DNA of 64,000 nucleotides from Vicinamibacterales bacterium (GTDB lineage: Bacteria; Acidobacteriota; Vicinamibacteria; Vicinamibacterales; UBA8438). Of the stretch, positions 19,071-28,516 are shown in pieces. Made by a program: the position numbers and the translations under genes. The DNA is taken from the NCBI GenBank assembly GCA_965197375.1, contig CBDAMZ010000010.1, positions 844 through 64,843 on the forward strand. Reading direction: 5' to 3'. The stretch's first letter is position 1, and each line of letters begins with the position of its first letter. The notes under the pieces were generated by a model that was not told the origin of the DNA, did no database searches, and was given only the letters and a program-made list of their open reading frames with translations.

Positions 19071-20012
19071 CTACGAAATTAAGGCACGCTCCTGTGCGAT
19101 CAGCAAGCTGACAGCACGCGCATACGTACACGGTTCAAATTCCATCCAGTCCCCTGGTGCTAGTTGACCGACCACAGGTAAATCAGCGGTGATGACCGTC
19201 GCGATCTGTGGGTATCCGCCGGCGGTCTGCCGATCCGCCATCAGCACGATCGGCCGCCCCGAAGGTGGGACCTGCACCGATCCAACCAAGGTCGCTGTTG
19301 AGATCAGCTCGCGGCCACCGCGTGGGGTGATCGGACTCCCATCAAGTCGATATCCCATCCGATCCGACTGCGGCGTCACAACGTATCGGCATGTCGCGAA
19401 AACCTCTAGCATATTCTGATCGAATAACCTGTCGTGCGGTCCCGGAATTACTCGCACGCGCGCTCCCTGGATAGGAAGCTGGACGGCGGGCAGACGGGTA
19501 TCACCTTCGCGCGCGGGGCGCGCCGTATCCTGACCAACCGGCAGACAGTCGCCGGTCTTGAGCGCCCGCCCCGCAAGCCCGCCCATCCGGCTCCCGAAAT
19601 GGGTCGCCCGGCTGCCGAGTACCACCGGCAGATCAAACCCACCCGCCACGGCAACGTAGGCACGCACACCACTAAGTCGCCGGCCGAACGTAAGCCGCTG
19701 GCCGGCGCGCGCACGCATAGTTGCATTCATCGAGATCCACTCGCCATCAAGACTGAGCTCGAAGCATGCCCCCCCGACAGCGAATAGGAGATCCTGGCCG
19801 AACTCGAGCGTTGGACCGACCCACGTTACTTCAAGTGTTGCAGCCGACCGGCGATTGCCTACGAGCAGGTTGGCGAGCCGCTGCGAGGCGCGATCCATCG
19901 CTCCGGCAACCGGCACGCCGAAGCGTTGGTACCCCCACCGACCGTCGTCCTGGACCGTCGTCAGGATGCCCGGACGGACGACCGCGACCGCCATGACGCC
20001 TAGTGACCCCAT
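19071..20012 (-). CDS. pxpC: 5-oxoprolinase subunit C-like protein (KipA / allophanate hydrolase subunit 2 family)
   Basis: VVRPGILTTVQDDGRWGYQRFGVPVAGAMD...ADRQTAGGYPQIATVI, a family signature. Confidence 0.85.
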   Translation of the reverse strand: MGSLGVMAVAVVRPGILTTVQDDGRWGYQRFGVPVAGAMDRASQRLANLLVGNRRSAATLEVTWVGPTLEFGQDLLFAVGGACFELSLDGEWISMNATMRARAGQRLTFGRRLSGVRAYVAVAGGFDLPVVLGSRATHFGSRMGGLAGRALKTGDCLPVGQDTARPAREGDTRLPAVQLPIQGARVRVIPGPHDRLFDQNMLEVFATCRYVVTPQSDRMGYRLDGSPITPRGGRELISTATLVGSVQVPPSGRPIVLMADRQTAGGYPQIATVITADLPVVGQLAPGDWMEFEPCTYARAVSLLIAQERALIS

Positions 20013-20737
20013 TCGGCCAACCCCGAGGGTTGCGCCGCAGCCTCTGCCGACAACCGCCGAAACGTCGTCTCATCGACCGGCTCGAACCGCACCGCGTCGC
20101 CCGCGTGCAAGAGGAAGGGATCTGCCCGACCGAGTGCGAACGTTCGCCAGGGCGTCTGTCCGATCAGCTGCCATCCGCCTGGAGCATCCAGGGGATAGAT
20201 GCCAGTCTGACGACCGGCGATACCGACCGATCCGGCTGGGACGCACAGTCTTGGCGTCTCCCGGCGCGGCGCGGCGATTCGCCGGTCGACCGAGCCCATG
20301 TAAGCAAAGCCTGGCAGGAAGCCGAGCATGTAAACCCGATAGTCCCGTCCGGCGTGCAACGCGATCACTCGAGATGACGTGCACGCACCGAAACACGCCA
20401 CCTCGTCGAGGTCCGGCCCACGTGCACCCCCGTAGCAGACCGGCACCGTCAGCACGCGACCCGTGACCTCCTCCACCCGCCGGTCATCGGCTACGGCGCC
20501 ACGGCTGGCCGCCGCTTTGAGGTCTATCACCACTCGCTCAACGTCGGTCTTAAGCGGATCAAAATGCACTGTCACGGTGCAGTAACTCTCCACGACGTCA
20601 AGCACCCCAGGGTGCTCGGACCACCGCACGGCATCAGCCACGCGGATCACGAGCTGGTTGAGGCTCGGATCGATCCGCTGGTCAAAAGCTAGCACCAACG
20701 CCGCATCGCCAACACGCGAAAGATTCCAGCCTGGCAT
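20000..20737 (-). CDS. pxpB: 5-oxoprolinase subunit B-like protein (KipI / allophanate hydrolase subunit 1 family)
   Basis: GDAALVLAFDQRIDP...VESYCTVTVHFDP...MLGFLPGFAYMG. Overlaps pxpC by 13 nt. Confidence 0.85.
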   Translation of the reverse strand: MPGWNLSRVGDAALVLAFDQRIDPSLNQLVIRVADAVRWSEHPGVLDVVESYCTVTVHFDPLKTDVERVVIDLKAAASRGAVADDRRVEEVTGRVLTVPVCYGGARGPDLDEVACFGACTSSRVIALHAGRDYRVYMLGFLPGFAYMGSVDRRIAAPRRETPRLCVPAGSVGIAGRQTGIYPLDAPGGWQLIGQTPWRTFALGRADPFLLHAGDAVRFEPVDETTFRRLSAEAAAQPSGLAEWGH

Positions 20738-20748
20738 CGCGTTGAGGG

Positions 20749-22146
20749 TTACCCTAACGCCTTAAGTCGACGTAACAGCCGCTCGTGGATCCCGTCGAAA
20801 TAACCATTCGACATGATCACAACGAAGTCCCCGTCCCGCGCTTCGTCTGCAATCGTGGCCACCGTTTCCTCGACTGCCGGCAGGTGCCGGGCCGAGACTC
20901 CGACGGCCTGAAGATCGGCCACTAACTTAGGTTCAGATAGACGATCTGCCTCGGGCAACGTCGAGCGGTAGACCGCACCAACGACTACTTCATCCGCTAG
21001 ACGGAGTGCGTCGACGAACGCCTCTTGAAAGACCCGGCGGCACGCAGTCGCCGAACGAGGCTCGAACACGGCCCAAACGCGACCCTCTGGGCACATGTCA
21101 CGAACTGCCGCCAGCGTTTCGCGGACGGCCGTTGGATGGTGGGCAAAGTCATCGTAGACCGTCACTCCGTGCGCGACACCGCGGACTTCGAGCCGCCGGC
21201 ATACGCCGCGGAATGTCCCCAGCGCGGTCGCGACGGCCGGCGGTGTGATTCCGATGGCAGCTCCAACCGAAACGGCCGCCAGCGCGTTTCTGACGTTGAA
21301 GAGCCCGATAAGCGGCAGTCGTACATGCGCAACTACCTCCCCCCGCCGCGAGACGTCAAAAATCATCCCGCCGGCTTCGTAATAGATATCAGTCGCGCGC
21401 CAATCCGCCCCCTCACTGAGCCCAAACGTCTCGACTTCGCAATGAGCGAAGGCCTGTAACGCCGCGGCTTCGGCATCGTCCGCACCAAGAATCGCCAGAC
21501 CCTTGCGCGGGACCAAACGAACCAGGCGCTGAAAGGCCAAGCATAACGTGTCGAAATTCTGGTAGATGTCGGCATGGTCGAACTCGACACCGCTCACGAC
21601 CACGACGTCCGGCAAGTACTTCAGGAACTTCGCTGTCTTGTCGAAGAACGCACTGTCGTACTCGTCTCCCTCGATGACAAACACTTCGCCGTGACCCAGC
21701 CGGTAGCTCGCGTCGAAGTTACGAGGTATCCCGCCAACGAAGAAACTGGGGTCGACTCCCCCCTCGACCAAAGACCAGGCGACCATCGATGCGGTCGTCG
21801 TTTTCCCATGCGTGCCAGCAACAACGACCGACCTTGAACCCCAGAGGAAGTGGTCCCGAATCATCTCCGGCAGCGCACAGTACCGGATCTTTTGGTCAAG
21901 CACCGCCTCAACTTCTGGATTGCCCCTGGAGACAGCATTCCCGATGACCACCAGGTCGAGATCAGCTGTGATGCGCTCAGTTCGGTACCCGACCATCGGC
22001 ACAATGCCTTGGTTGGCAAGAAACTCGCTCATAGGCGGATAGGCGTGCTCGTCTGACCCGCGAACGTCAAAGCCGCGCGCTTTCAACAACGCCGCTAGGG
22101 TAGCCATGGCGGTGCCGCAAACGCCGATCAGGTGGACCCTGCTCAT
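20749..22146 (-). CDS. mpl: UDP-N-acetylmuramate:L-alanyl-gamma-D-glutamyl-meso-diaminopimelate ligase
   Basis: HLIGVCGTAMATLAALLKARGFDVRGSD...VAGTHGKTTT...; Mur-ligase architecture with an Mpl-type N-terminus. Confidence 0.88.
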   Translation of the reverse strand: MSRVHLIGVCGTAMATLAALLKARGFDVRGSDEHAYPPMSEFLANQGIVPMVGYRTERITADLDLVVIGNAVSRGNPEVEAVLDQKIRYCALPEMIRDHFLWGSRSVVVAGTHGKTTTASMVAWSLVEGGVDPSFFVGGIPRNFDASYRLGHGEVFVIEGDEYDSAFFDKTAKFLKYLPDVVVVSGVEFDHADIYQNFDTLCLAFQRLVRLVPRKGLAILGADDAEAAALQAFAHCEVETFGLSEGADWRATDIYYEAGGMIFDVSRRGEVVAHVRLPLIGLFNVRNALAAVSVGAAIGITPPAVATALGTFRGVCRRLEVRGVAHGVTVYDDFAHHPTAVRETLAAVRDMCPEGRVWAVFEPRSATACRRVFQEAFVDALRLADEVVVGAVYRSTLPEADRLSEPKLVADLQAVGVSARHLPAVEETVATIADEARDGDFVVIMSNGYFDGIHERLLRRLKALG

Positions 22147-23084
22147 TCGACGGCGGCCTCCTCAATAACGAGCCGGGCACGCGGAGAGGTAAGCACTGTC
22201 ACCTCAACCCCGAGCGGCAGCGTCAGCGTCGGCCCCTCGGTGTGCCCTGACGGGAACCCGAAGAGCACCGGTCCGGTAAAATCCGCGAGCAGTTCCGCAA
22301 TGACCGCCCGAGCGGTCAGGCCGGCCGCAGCGTCATCACATCCGGCGAACTCGGTGCACACGACGGCCGACGCCTTCGCGACAAGACCGGTCTGCCTGAG
22401 CTGCGTGAGCATCCGATCGATCCGATAGGGACGTTCATTAACGTCATCGAGAAAAAGTACGTAGCCCTTCGGTGGCGCGAACGCGTGCGGCGTGGCTAAC
22501 GACGCTAGCACCTGAGTTAGAGTGCCGCCCATGAGCGGGCCGTGCGCCTCGCCACCGAGGAGCACCTCCACGCCGTCCGGAGCTAACTCACCCAGGGGCT
22601 TCGGTTCGGTGACGCACCCGAGGAACGATGAGCGATCGTAACCCTTGGCCTGCCGGCCAAAATTGATTACCATCGGACCATGGAAGCAGACCGTGTCGCA
22701 ATAGGACGTCAGAAAAATGAGGAGCGCGGTTAGATCGCTACACCCAACGAACGGTTTGCGCGCACGCCGAGCCTCGGCTACGTCCAACAACGGAAGCAGC
22801 TGAGCGCTTCCATAACCACCGCGCGTGGCCACGATCCCAGCAATTTCTGGATCACGCCAGGCCGCGCGCAGGGCCATCGCACGCTGTTCCGCCGGCCCCG
22901 CCAAGTACCCCCGATGCTCAAAGATACTTTCCTCAAACACCGGGTCGAAACCAAGAGCGCGCAGCTCCGCAACACCGCGTTCGAATAACTCCCGGTCAAA
23001 CGGGCTAGCTGGCGCCACCAGCGCCACGCGATCGCCAGCTCGAAGCGCGCGGGGTCTCTGCTTCTGACTCATGCTAGTGTCCAT
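22143..23084 (-). CDS. ldcA: LD-carboxypeptidase (S66 family, muramoyltetrapeptide carboxypeptidase)
   Basis: LRAGDRVALVAPASP...ATRGGYGS...FVGCSDLTALL...GFPSGH. Overlaps mpl by 4 nt. Confidence 0.88.
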   Translation of the reverse strand: MDTSMSQKQRPRALRAGDRVALVAPASPFDRELFERGVAELRALGFDPVFEESIFEHRGYLAGPAEQRAMALRAAWRDPEIAGIVATRGGYGSAQLLPLLDVAEARRARKPFVGCSDLTALLIFLTSYCDTVCFHGPMVINFGRQAKGYDRSSFLGCVTEPKPLGELAPDGVEVLLGGEAHGPLMGGTLTQVLASLATPHAFAPPKGYVLFLDDVNERPYRIDRMLTQLRQTGLVAKASAVVCTEFAGCDDAAAGLTARAVIAELLADFTGPVLFGFPSGHTEGPTLTLPLGVEVTVLTSPRARLVIEEAAVE

Positions 23085-23191
23085 CTCCTAGCGCTGTTCC
23101 AACTATCTGCAAAAAAGGCTTATCGCGGCTCCAGATGATATCGCCGTGCCAAGCTGATGGCCGGTTCGGGCCCAAACAAGTTCGCATAGCA

Positions 23192-24334
23192 CTAGACATA
23201 CCGAACCATCTCCTCCGCGACGGACTGGTGCGCGGCGCAACCGAGGATTTCACGGAGCTCGCTTCCCGCTAGGGGGCGCCACCGCTGGCTCGACACCAAG
23301 AAACGCTCCTTAACACGTCGTTGCCGTACCAGTGCATCACTGACACGGGCCTTGGGCAACGTCTCGTCCTCGATCGCGTGAATGACCGCCTCAATAGCTG
23401 AAACCTGCCGTCCGGTATCGGGCCCGCACAGCAACACCATGTCACAACCGGCGCCGATAGCCTTCACCGTCGCGTCTCCTATTGAGTAAGTCTCCGCAAT
23501 GGCCTTCATCTCCATGTCGTCGGCGACAACAATGCCGTCGAAACCCAGTTCCTCGCGCAACAGGCCACTCACGATTGACGACGAGAGCGTCGCTGGAGTG
23601 CTGGCATCAAGCGCCGGGTAGACGACATGAGCCGTCATGATGGCCGCTACACCTGCGGCAATGGCTGCGCGAAACGGTTCGATTTCGACCGCACGGAGAC
23701 GGTCCGAAGGATGCTCGACAACCGGTAGTTCGTCGTGGGAGTCGGTAGAACTGTCCCCATGTCCAGGAAAGTGCTTCCCGCACGCAGCGATTCCGTGTCG
23801 CTGGAGCGTGCCAATAATGGCCGCCCCAAATCGGGCAACATCGTCAGCCCGCGTCGACAGTGCGCGGTTGCCGATAATGGGATTGGCGATGTTGGTATGA
23901 ACGTCCAGTACGGGCGCGTAGTCCAAGGTCACACCGACGGCTCCGAGCTCGATCGCGAGCGCCCGCCCGAATCGGTCGGCCAGCGAGAGATCGCCACTTC
24001 GACCCAGAGCGATCATCGGCGGCCACTCCGTAAACGGCGCGCGGAACCGGGCCACCTTCCCGCCCTCCTGATCCACGCTGACCCACACGGGCATCTCATG
24101 CGAGAGAGAACGTGCCTCGTACGCCAGTTCTGCAACCTGCTCAGGAGCTTCCACGTTCCGGGCGAAGAAGATGATTCCACCGAGGTCGAAGTCACGGGCC
24201 AGCGCGCGCAGCTCAGGAGGGATCGTAGTGCCCGCAAACCCGGCAACGACCAACTGCCCCACATGGCGTTGCACGTGTTTCAACATCGGAAAACGTGGCA
24301 CGGGAAGGCGGCCTGCTGCGGTGCGACGGGCCAC
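23192..24334 (-). CDS. nagZ: beta-N-acetylhexosaminidase (GH3)
   Basis: GGIIFFARNV...VSVDQEGGKVARF...KHFPGHGDSSTDSHDELPVV...VVADDMEMKAI. Confidence 0.9.
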   Translation of the reverse strand: MARRTAAGRLPVPRFPMLKHVQRHVGQLVVAGFAGTTIPPELRALARDFDLGGIIFFARNVEAPEQVAELAYEARSLSHEMPVWVSVDQEGGKVARFRAPFTEWPPMIALGRSGDLSLADRFGRALAIELGAVGVTLDYAPVLDVHTNIANPIIGNRALSTRADDVARFGAAIIGTLQRHGIAACGKHFPGHGDSSTDSHDELPVVEHPSDRLRAVEIEPFRAAIAAGVAAIMTAHVVYPALDASTPATLSSSIVSGLLREELGFDGIVVADDMEMKAIAETYSIGDATVKAIGAGCDMVLLCGPDTGRQVSAIEAVIHAIEDETLPKARVSDALVRQRRVKERFLVSSQRWRPLAGSELREILGCAAHQSVAEEMVRYV

Positions 24335-24354
24335 CAGGTAGCCGACCCATTATA

Positions 24355-25359
24355 ATGCGACCCGTGCGGATTCATTCGTCGGCCCCCACGCGCATTGATT
24401 TCGCCGGCGGCACGCTTGATATCTGGCCCCTTTACCTCTTTCATGAAAATGCGCAAACGCTTAACGCAGCGATCACCCTTCGCGCCGAGTGCACACTGTC
24501 TGAAAGCCCTGACGGGCGCTTACACGTCGCGTCGGAAGATACAGGAGAGACCGTTGACGTGCCGCATTGGTCTAAGCTCGACGGCCAAACCACCCTCACG
24601 CTCGTCGCGCGGCTGCTGCGCTTCTTTGAGGCCGAGCGGCTTACCGTCACGACACGGTCCGGTTCACCGGTGGGCGCGGGTCTGGGTGGTTCTTCCGCCC
24701 TCAACATCGCACTCTGCGGCGCGCTCTCCCAGTGGTACGGCACAGCCTATGGCGCCGAAGCCTTGATGTCTCTCGCACTTAACCTCGAGGCTCGGACGAT
24801 CGGCGTTCCGACAGGCATCCAGGATTTCCGACCCGCGATGTACGGCGGTCTGGCCGCACTGGAGATGGGTCCGACCGGCATTATGCGCGTAGTGCTTTCG
24901 GTCGACCCATGTGCGATCGAGGATCGGGTAGTACTTGCCTACACGGGAGCATCGCGGGACTCCGGCGTCAATAATTGGGAGGTTGTCAAGCGATATCTCG
25001 ACGGCGACCCGCACGTGGCAACGCTGTTCAATGAAATCTGCAACACCGCTGCCGCCATGCGTCACGCGCTCGAAGCCAGGGACTGGGCCGAGGTCGGACG
25101 TCAGATAGCGAAGGAGTGGGAGCTCCGCAAACGTCTCGCGCCTGGCGTCACGACCCCGGCGATCGAAGATCTCATTGAGCGGGGACGTTCGGCCGGTGCA
25201 CGTGCCGCAAAAGTGTGTGGCGCGGGCGGTGGTGGTTCCCTGATCTTCTTCGCCGATCCCCCAATCGTACCGGCCGTCAAGCAGGCCATCACCGCTGCAG
25301 GCGCGCACGTACTGGACTATCGTATCGATTCGGACGGCTTGCGGGTCGTTTCGGCATAA
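24355..25359 (+). CDS. GHMP-family sugar kinase (COG2605-like; HddA/fucokinase-related)
   Basis: APTRIDFAGGTLDIWPLY... and GHMP motif II GSPVGAGLGGSSALNIALCGAL. C-terminal KVCGAGGGGSLIFF. Start taken at MRPVRIH; the longest ORF begins at 24295. Confidence 0.8.
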   Translation: MRPVRIHSSAPTRIDFAGGTLDIWPLYLFHENAQTLNAAITLRAECTLSESPDGRLHVASEDTGETVDVPHWSKLDGQTTLTLVARLLRFFEAERLTVTTRSGSPVGAGLGGSSALNIALCGALSQWYGTAYGAEALMSLALNLEARTIGVPTGIQDFRPAMYGGLAALEMGPTGIMRVVLSVDPCAIEDRVVLAYTGASRDSGVNNWEVVKRYLDGDPHVATLFNEICNTAAAMRHALEARDWAEVGRQIAKEWELRKRLAPGVTTPAIEDLIERGRSAGARAAKVCGAGGGGSLIFFADPPIVPAVKQAITAAGAHVLDYRIDSDGLRVVSA

Positions 25360-25362
25360 TTC

Positions 25363-25614
25363 ATGCCGAATAAGTCGCGGCAGGTAGAACAGATCAAACG
25401 CCTCTACTATCGAACAACCGCCACGACTGTCGAGCGTGATCTGAACCGCGCGGTCGCCATCCTCAAGACGCTTCCTGACGAAGAGACGCGAGCGCGAGCC
25501 GCCGTGTATATGGACGGACTCTCACAGATGCGGTCCGAGTGGCGCCTCACCAAGCGACGGAAGACGGCGAGAAAAAAATCTAAGAAGGGGCCGCGAACAC
25601 CGAGAGCTGCCTGA
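25363..25614 (+). CDS. small basic hypothetical protein, start 4 nt after the GHMP kinase stop
   Basis: 83-aa ORF with a Lys/Arg-rich tail (TKRRKTARKKSKKGPRTPRAA). Tight spacing suggests co-translation with the upstream gene. Confidence 0.45.
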   Translation: MPNKSRQVEQIKRLYYRTTATTVERDLNRAVAILKTLPDEETRARAAVYMDGLSQMRSEWRLTKRRKTARKKSKKGPRTPRAA

Positions 25615-25662
25615 CGATTTCATCCATGGTGACAACCAGCGGTGGATCGGGGCCTGCGCGAG

Positions 25663-26469
25663 CTACTCGGCCGTGAAGCTTCGGTAGTTGTCTCGGTTAA
25701 TACGTGCGGTCACGACCTCGCCGTCCCGGCCGAGCGATCGACCGGGGTACTCGTTAATCGCGAACACAAATGCGCCCGCATCGCCCACAGTAATAATGAT
25801 CTCGCGATCGGCCTCAAGGATGTCCCGCTCGCCAGCCCGCATGACTTTCGAGAACATGCGGTGGCCGTCCAATGTCAGCGAAATCCAACAATCGGCGCGC
25901 GGGTGGATGTCAATTGTCAGTGCTAAGCTGGGTACCGCCTCGCCTAACAGCGGCATTTCCGCCACAACCGGTGCGCGTGGCGGCTTTGGGTCCGATTCTC
26001 TCCCTGGCGCTGTCGCCGTAGGTGTCACAACTCCGACCCCACCGGCAAGCGCGGGCGGTTGTTCCGTCCGGGAGAAAAGCCCCACAAACAGGAGACTCCC
26101 AGCCATCGGTACACTCAACAGAAGAAGGATGGCCACGGTTGTCGCCATCCGCTGCTGGCTCCGAAACACCTCGTACTCATTGGACTCGTTAGTGTAGGGG
26201 CTGCCAGCATGAACACCCTCGATCGCACACCGCGCGAGGAACTCGCGGATCGTCTCCTCTGGATCCAGACCGACCTCGACGGCATAGGCCCTCACGAAGG
26301 AGCGAACGAAGACGCCCCCGGCCAAGCTCGAGACGTCATTGCGCTCGAGCGCCTCGAGCGTGGTCATCGAGAGATTGGTCGAGGTGGAGATCTGGCGAAG
26401 CGAGATCCCCCGGCGCTCGCGTTCCGCGCGAAGCATCGCACCAAAGTCGTCGCGTTCAGTATTTGGCAC
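25663..26469 (-). CDS. RodZ-like protein (N-terminal HTH, TM segment, C-terminal DUF4115-like domain)
   Basis: FGAMLRAERERRGISLRQISTSTNLSMTTLEALERND...FVRSFVRAYA. A single hydrophobic helix, then a C-terminal beta-rich domain ...CWISLTLDG.... Confidence 0.75.
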   Translation of the reverse strand: MPNTERDDFGAMLRAERERRGISLRQISTSTNLSMTTLEALERNDVSSLAGGVFVRSFVRAYAVEVGLDPEETIREFLARCAIEGVHAGSPYTNESNEYEVFRSQQRMATTVAILLLLSVPMAGSLLFVGLFSRTEQPPALAGGVGVVTPTATAPGRESDPKPPRAPVVAEMPLLGEAVPSLALTIDIHPRADCWISLTLDGHRMFSKVMRAGERDILEADREIIITVGDAGAFVFAINEYPGRSLGRDGEVVTARINRDNYRSFTAE

Positions 26470-26483
26470 AGACCCACCCGACG

Positions 26484-27173
26484 TTAGACGAGCAACCGAC
26501 CCTTGTCAAATGCCTGACGCACGGCTCGCACGCGCACTGCCATTTCATCTTGGACGGCGACCCCGATCGCCTCGGCAAAAAGGCCGACTGCTGCGACCCC
26601 GGCCACGCCGACGCGGGCAACCGACGTGGCCCGTTCGACCGTAATCCCCCCAATGGCCAGAATCGGTAGTGTCACCGCCTGCGAAATCTGGCGGACCGTC
26701 TCTAGTCCAAGAGGCTGCCGACCAGGTTTCGCTGCCGTCGCATAGACCGTCCCGAGCACCAGGTAATCGGCGTTACCCGAGGCTGCAATAGCGCGTGCTC
26801 TATCGAGCCCATGGACCGATTGACCGATCAACCAACCTTCCGGACCCACCGAACGAACGCGGCCAGCTGCAATCGAGTCGCTCTTGAGGTGCACGCCCGC
26901 CGCGCCCGCAGCAAGCGCGACGTCCGGTCGATCGTTGACGACAATCCTGGTTGGCGTGGCATCGGCCACCGCCACGGCGCGGCTCACCAGATCAACCAGC
27001 GTGTGGTCGGTGAGGCCAAGTTCGCGGATCTGAACAAGATCCACACCGGCCTGGCAGGCAGCCGCAATTAGATCAACAAGAAGTCTGATATCGTCGGTGG
27101 CGGACGAGCCGCCCATCCGCTGCCGATCCGTCACAAGACACAAGATTGGTCGCCGGGTCGGCAGCAACATCAA
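26484..27173 (-). CDS. thiE: thiamine-phosphate synthase (ThiE), copy 2
   Basis: LCLVTDRQR...VDLVQIRE...IVVNDRPDVALAAGAAGVHLKSD...GQSVH...LVLGTVYAT.AKPG...ILAIGGIT. Confidence 0.85.
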   Translation of the reverse strand: MMLLPTRRPILCLVTDRQRMGGSSATDDIRLLVDLIAAACQAGVDLVQIRELGLTDHTLVDLVSRAVAVADATPTRIVVNDRPDVALAAGAAGVHLKSDSIAAGRVRSVGPEGWLIGQSVHGLDRARAIAASGNADYLVLGTVYATAAKPGRQPLGLETVRQISQAVTLPILAIGGITVERATSVARVGVAGVAAVGLFAEAIGVAVQDEMAVRVRAVRQAFDKGRLLV

Positions 27174-27328
27174 TCACGCGTGCGGGGAACGGAACGACCG
27201 GGCAACGCCCAAAACTCGACGAGCGCGGCACCTAAGTAGAGCACACCGACGCCAGAAACGCTTCCCCGGGCTATGTGATGCCCTTTAGGCAACGAAGGCA
27301 CGTAAACAAGCACTAGAAGCCCCCCCTC

Positions 27329-27946
27329 CTACAGAATCCTATCAAACAGGGATCGAGGGCGAAATGAATGGCGGTGCACTGCGGAGTAGCCAAAACGGCG
27401 AACGGCCGCAAGGTGGGCGCTTGTCGCGTAGCCTTTGTGGCGGTCGAAGCCGTAGCGCGGATCCTGTTCGTGCAATCGCCGCATCCGTCGATCGCGTGTC
27501 ACTTTCGCCACAATTGACGCGGCAGCAATAGCCGTACACCGACGGTCTCCATGGACAGCGCCGCGGTGCGGAACAAACAAGCCCGGTATCCGGAAGCCAT
27601 CGACCAGTACGAAGTCCGGAGGCGGCGAAAGAGCGGTGACAGCACGTCTCATCACATCGAGCGACGCTTGACGAATGTTCACTCGATCGATCTCCGCTGA
27701 CCCGACCGATGCGACGGTCCACTCTGCGTTGGCAACAATACGCGCGTACAACCGTTCACGCGCCGCAGGGGTCAGAAGCTTCGAATCGCGAAGGCCTGAA
27801 ACGGGACGTCTCGGATCAAACACCACCGCGGCCGCCACAACTGGACCGGCCAAGCAGCCTCGCCCGACTTCGTCCACGCCGGCCACCCGCAGGAAGCCCT
27901 GCCGCCTAAGGGCGTTCTCGATTGTCCGCCTCGCGGAAGAACGCAA
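27329..27946 (-). CDS. rnhB: ribonuclease HII
   Basis: VAGVDEVGRGCLAGPVVAAAVV...DSKLL...ASIVAKVTRD.... Confidence 0.92.
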   Translation of the reverse strand: MRSSARRTIENALRRQGFLRVAGVDEVGRGCLAGPVVAAAVVFDPRRPVSGLRDSKLLTPAARERLYARIVANAEWTVASVGSAEIDRVNIRQASLDVMRRAVTALSPPPDFVLVDGFRIPGLFVPHRGAVHGDRRCTAIAAASIVAKVTRDRRMRRLHEQDPRYGFDRHKGYATSAHLAAVRRFGYSAVHRHSFRPRSLFDRIL

Positions 27947-28168
27947 CTTAAGGTCCGCTCAGAAACAAGCTCGCACCTTTAAGGTATCGAGGCTCCCGCT
28001 CCACAGGACGCAAGAAGGGAAATCCCTGGAAACTTTGACCGACGAGCAATGCAGCTTAGCGGAACGTATCGGCGGCCAAAAATGTAAAACTACTTCTGAA
28101 TGAGCCCTTAGTAAACTGACTCAGCTGAAACAAAAGCGGCTTAATCGTACGTAGGCTCTGCTAGCCTG

Positions 28169-28516
28169 CTACTTGCCCCGCTTCCGCTCACTCATGCGTG
28201 CGGCCTTACCACGTAATTTCCTGAGAAAATAGAGCTTCGCACGTCTGACACGAGCAGACTTTACGACGTCGATCTTGCTGATCGTTGGGGAATGTAGCGG
28301 AAAGACTCGCTCGACGCCTTGGCCAAACGACACCTTACGAACCGTGACGGTCGCTCGCGCCCCGCCTCGGTGCTGGCCGATGACTAATCCTTCAAAGATC
28401 TGGATGCGCTCTTTCTCACCTTCCTTGATCCTCACGTGAACGCGCACTGTGTCGCCCGACCGTAAGTTTGGACGCTTCACCAGCTGTGCACGCTCCACGG
28501 CATCAACGGCTTTCAT
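28169..28516 (-). CDS. rplS: 50S ribosomal protein L19
   Basis: [34 protein letters not shown]...[19 protein letters not shown]. Confidence 0.95.
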   Translation of the reverse strand: MKAVDAVERAQLVKRPNLRSGDTVRVHVRIKEGEKERIQIFEGLVIGQHRGGARATVTVRKVSFGQGVERVFPLHSPTISKIDVVKSARVRRAKLYFLRKLRGKAARMSERKRGK

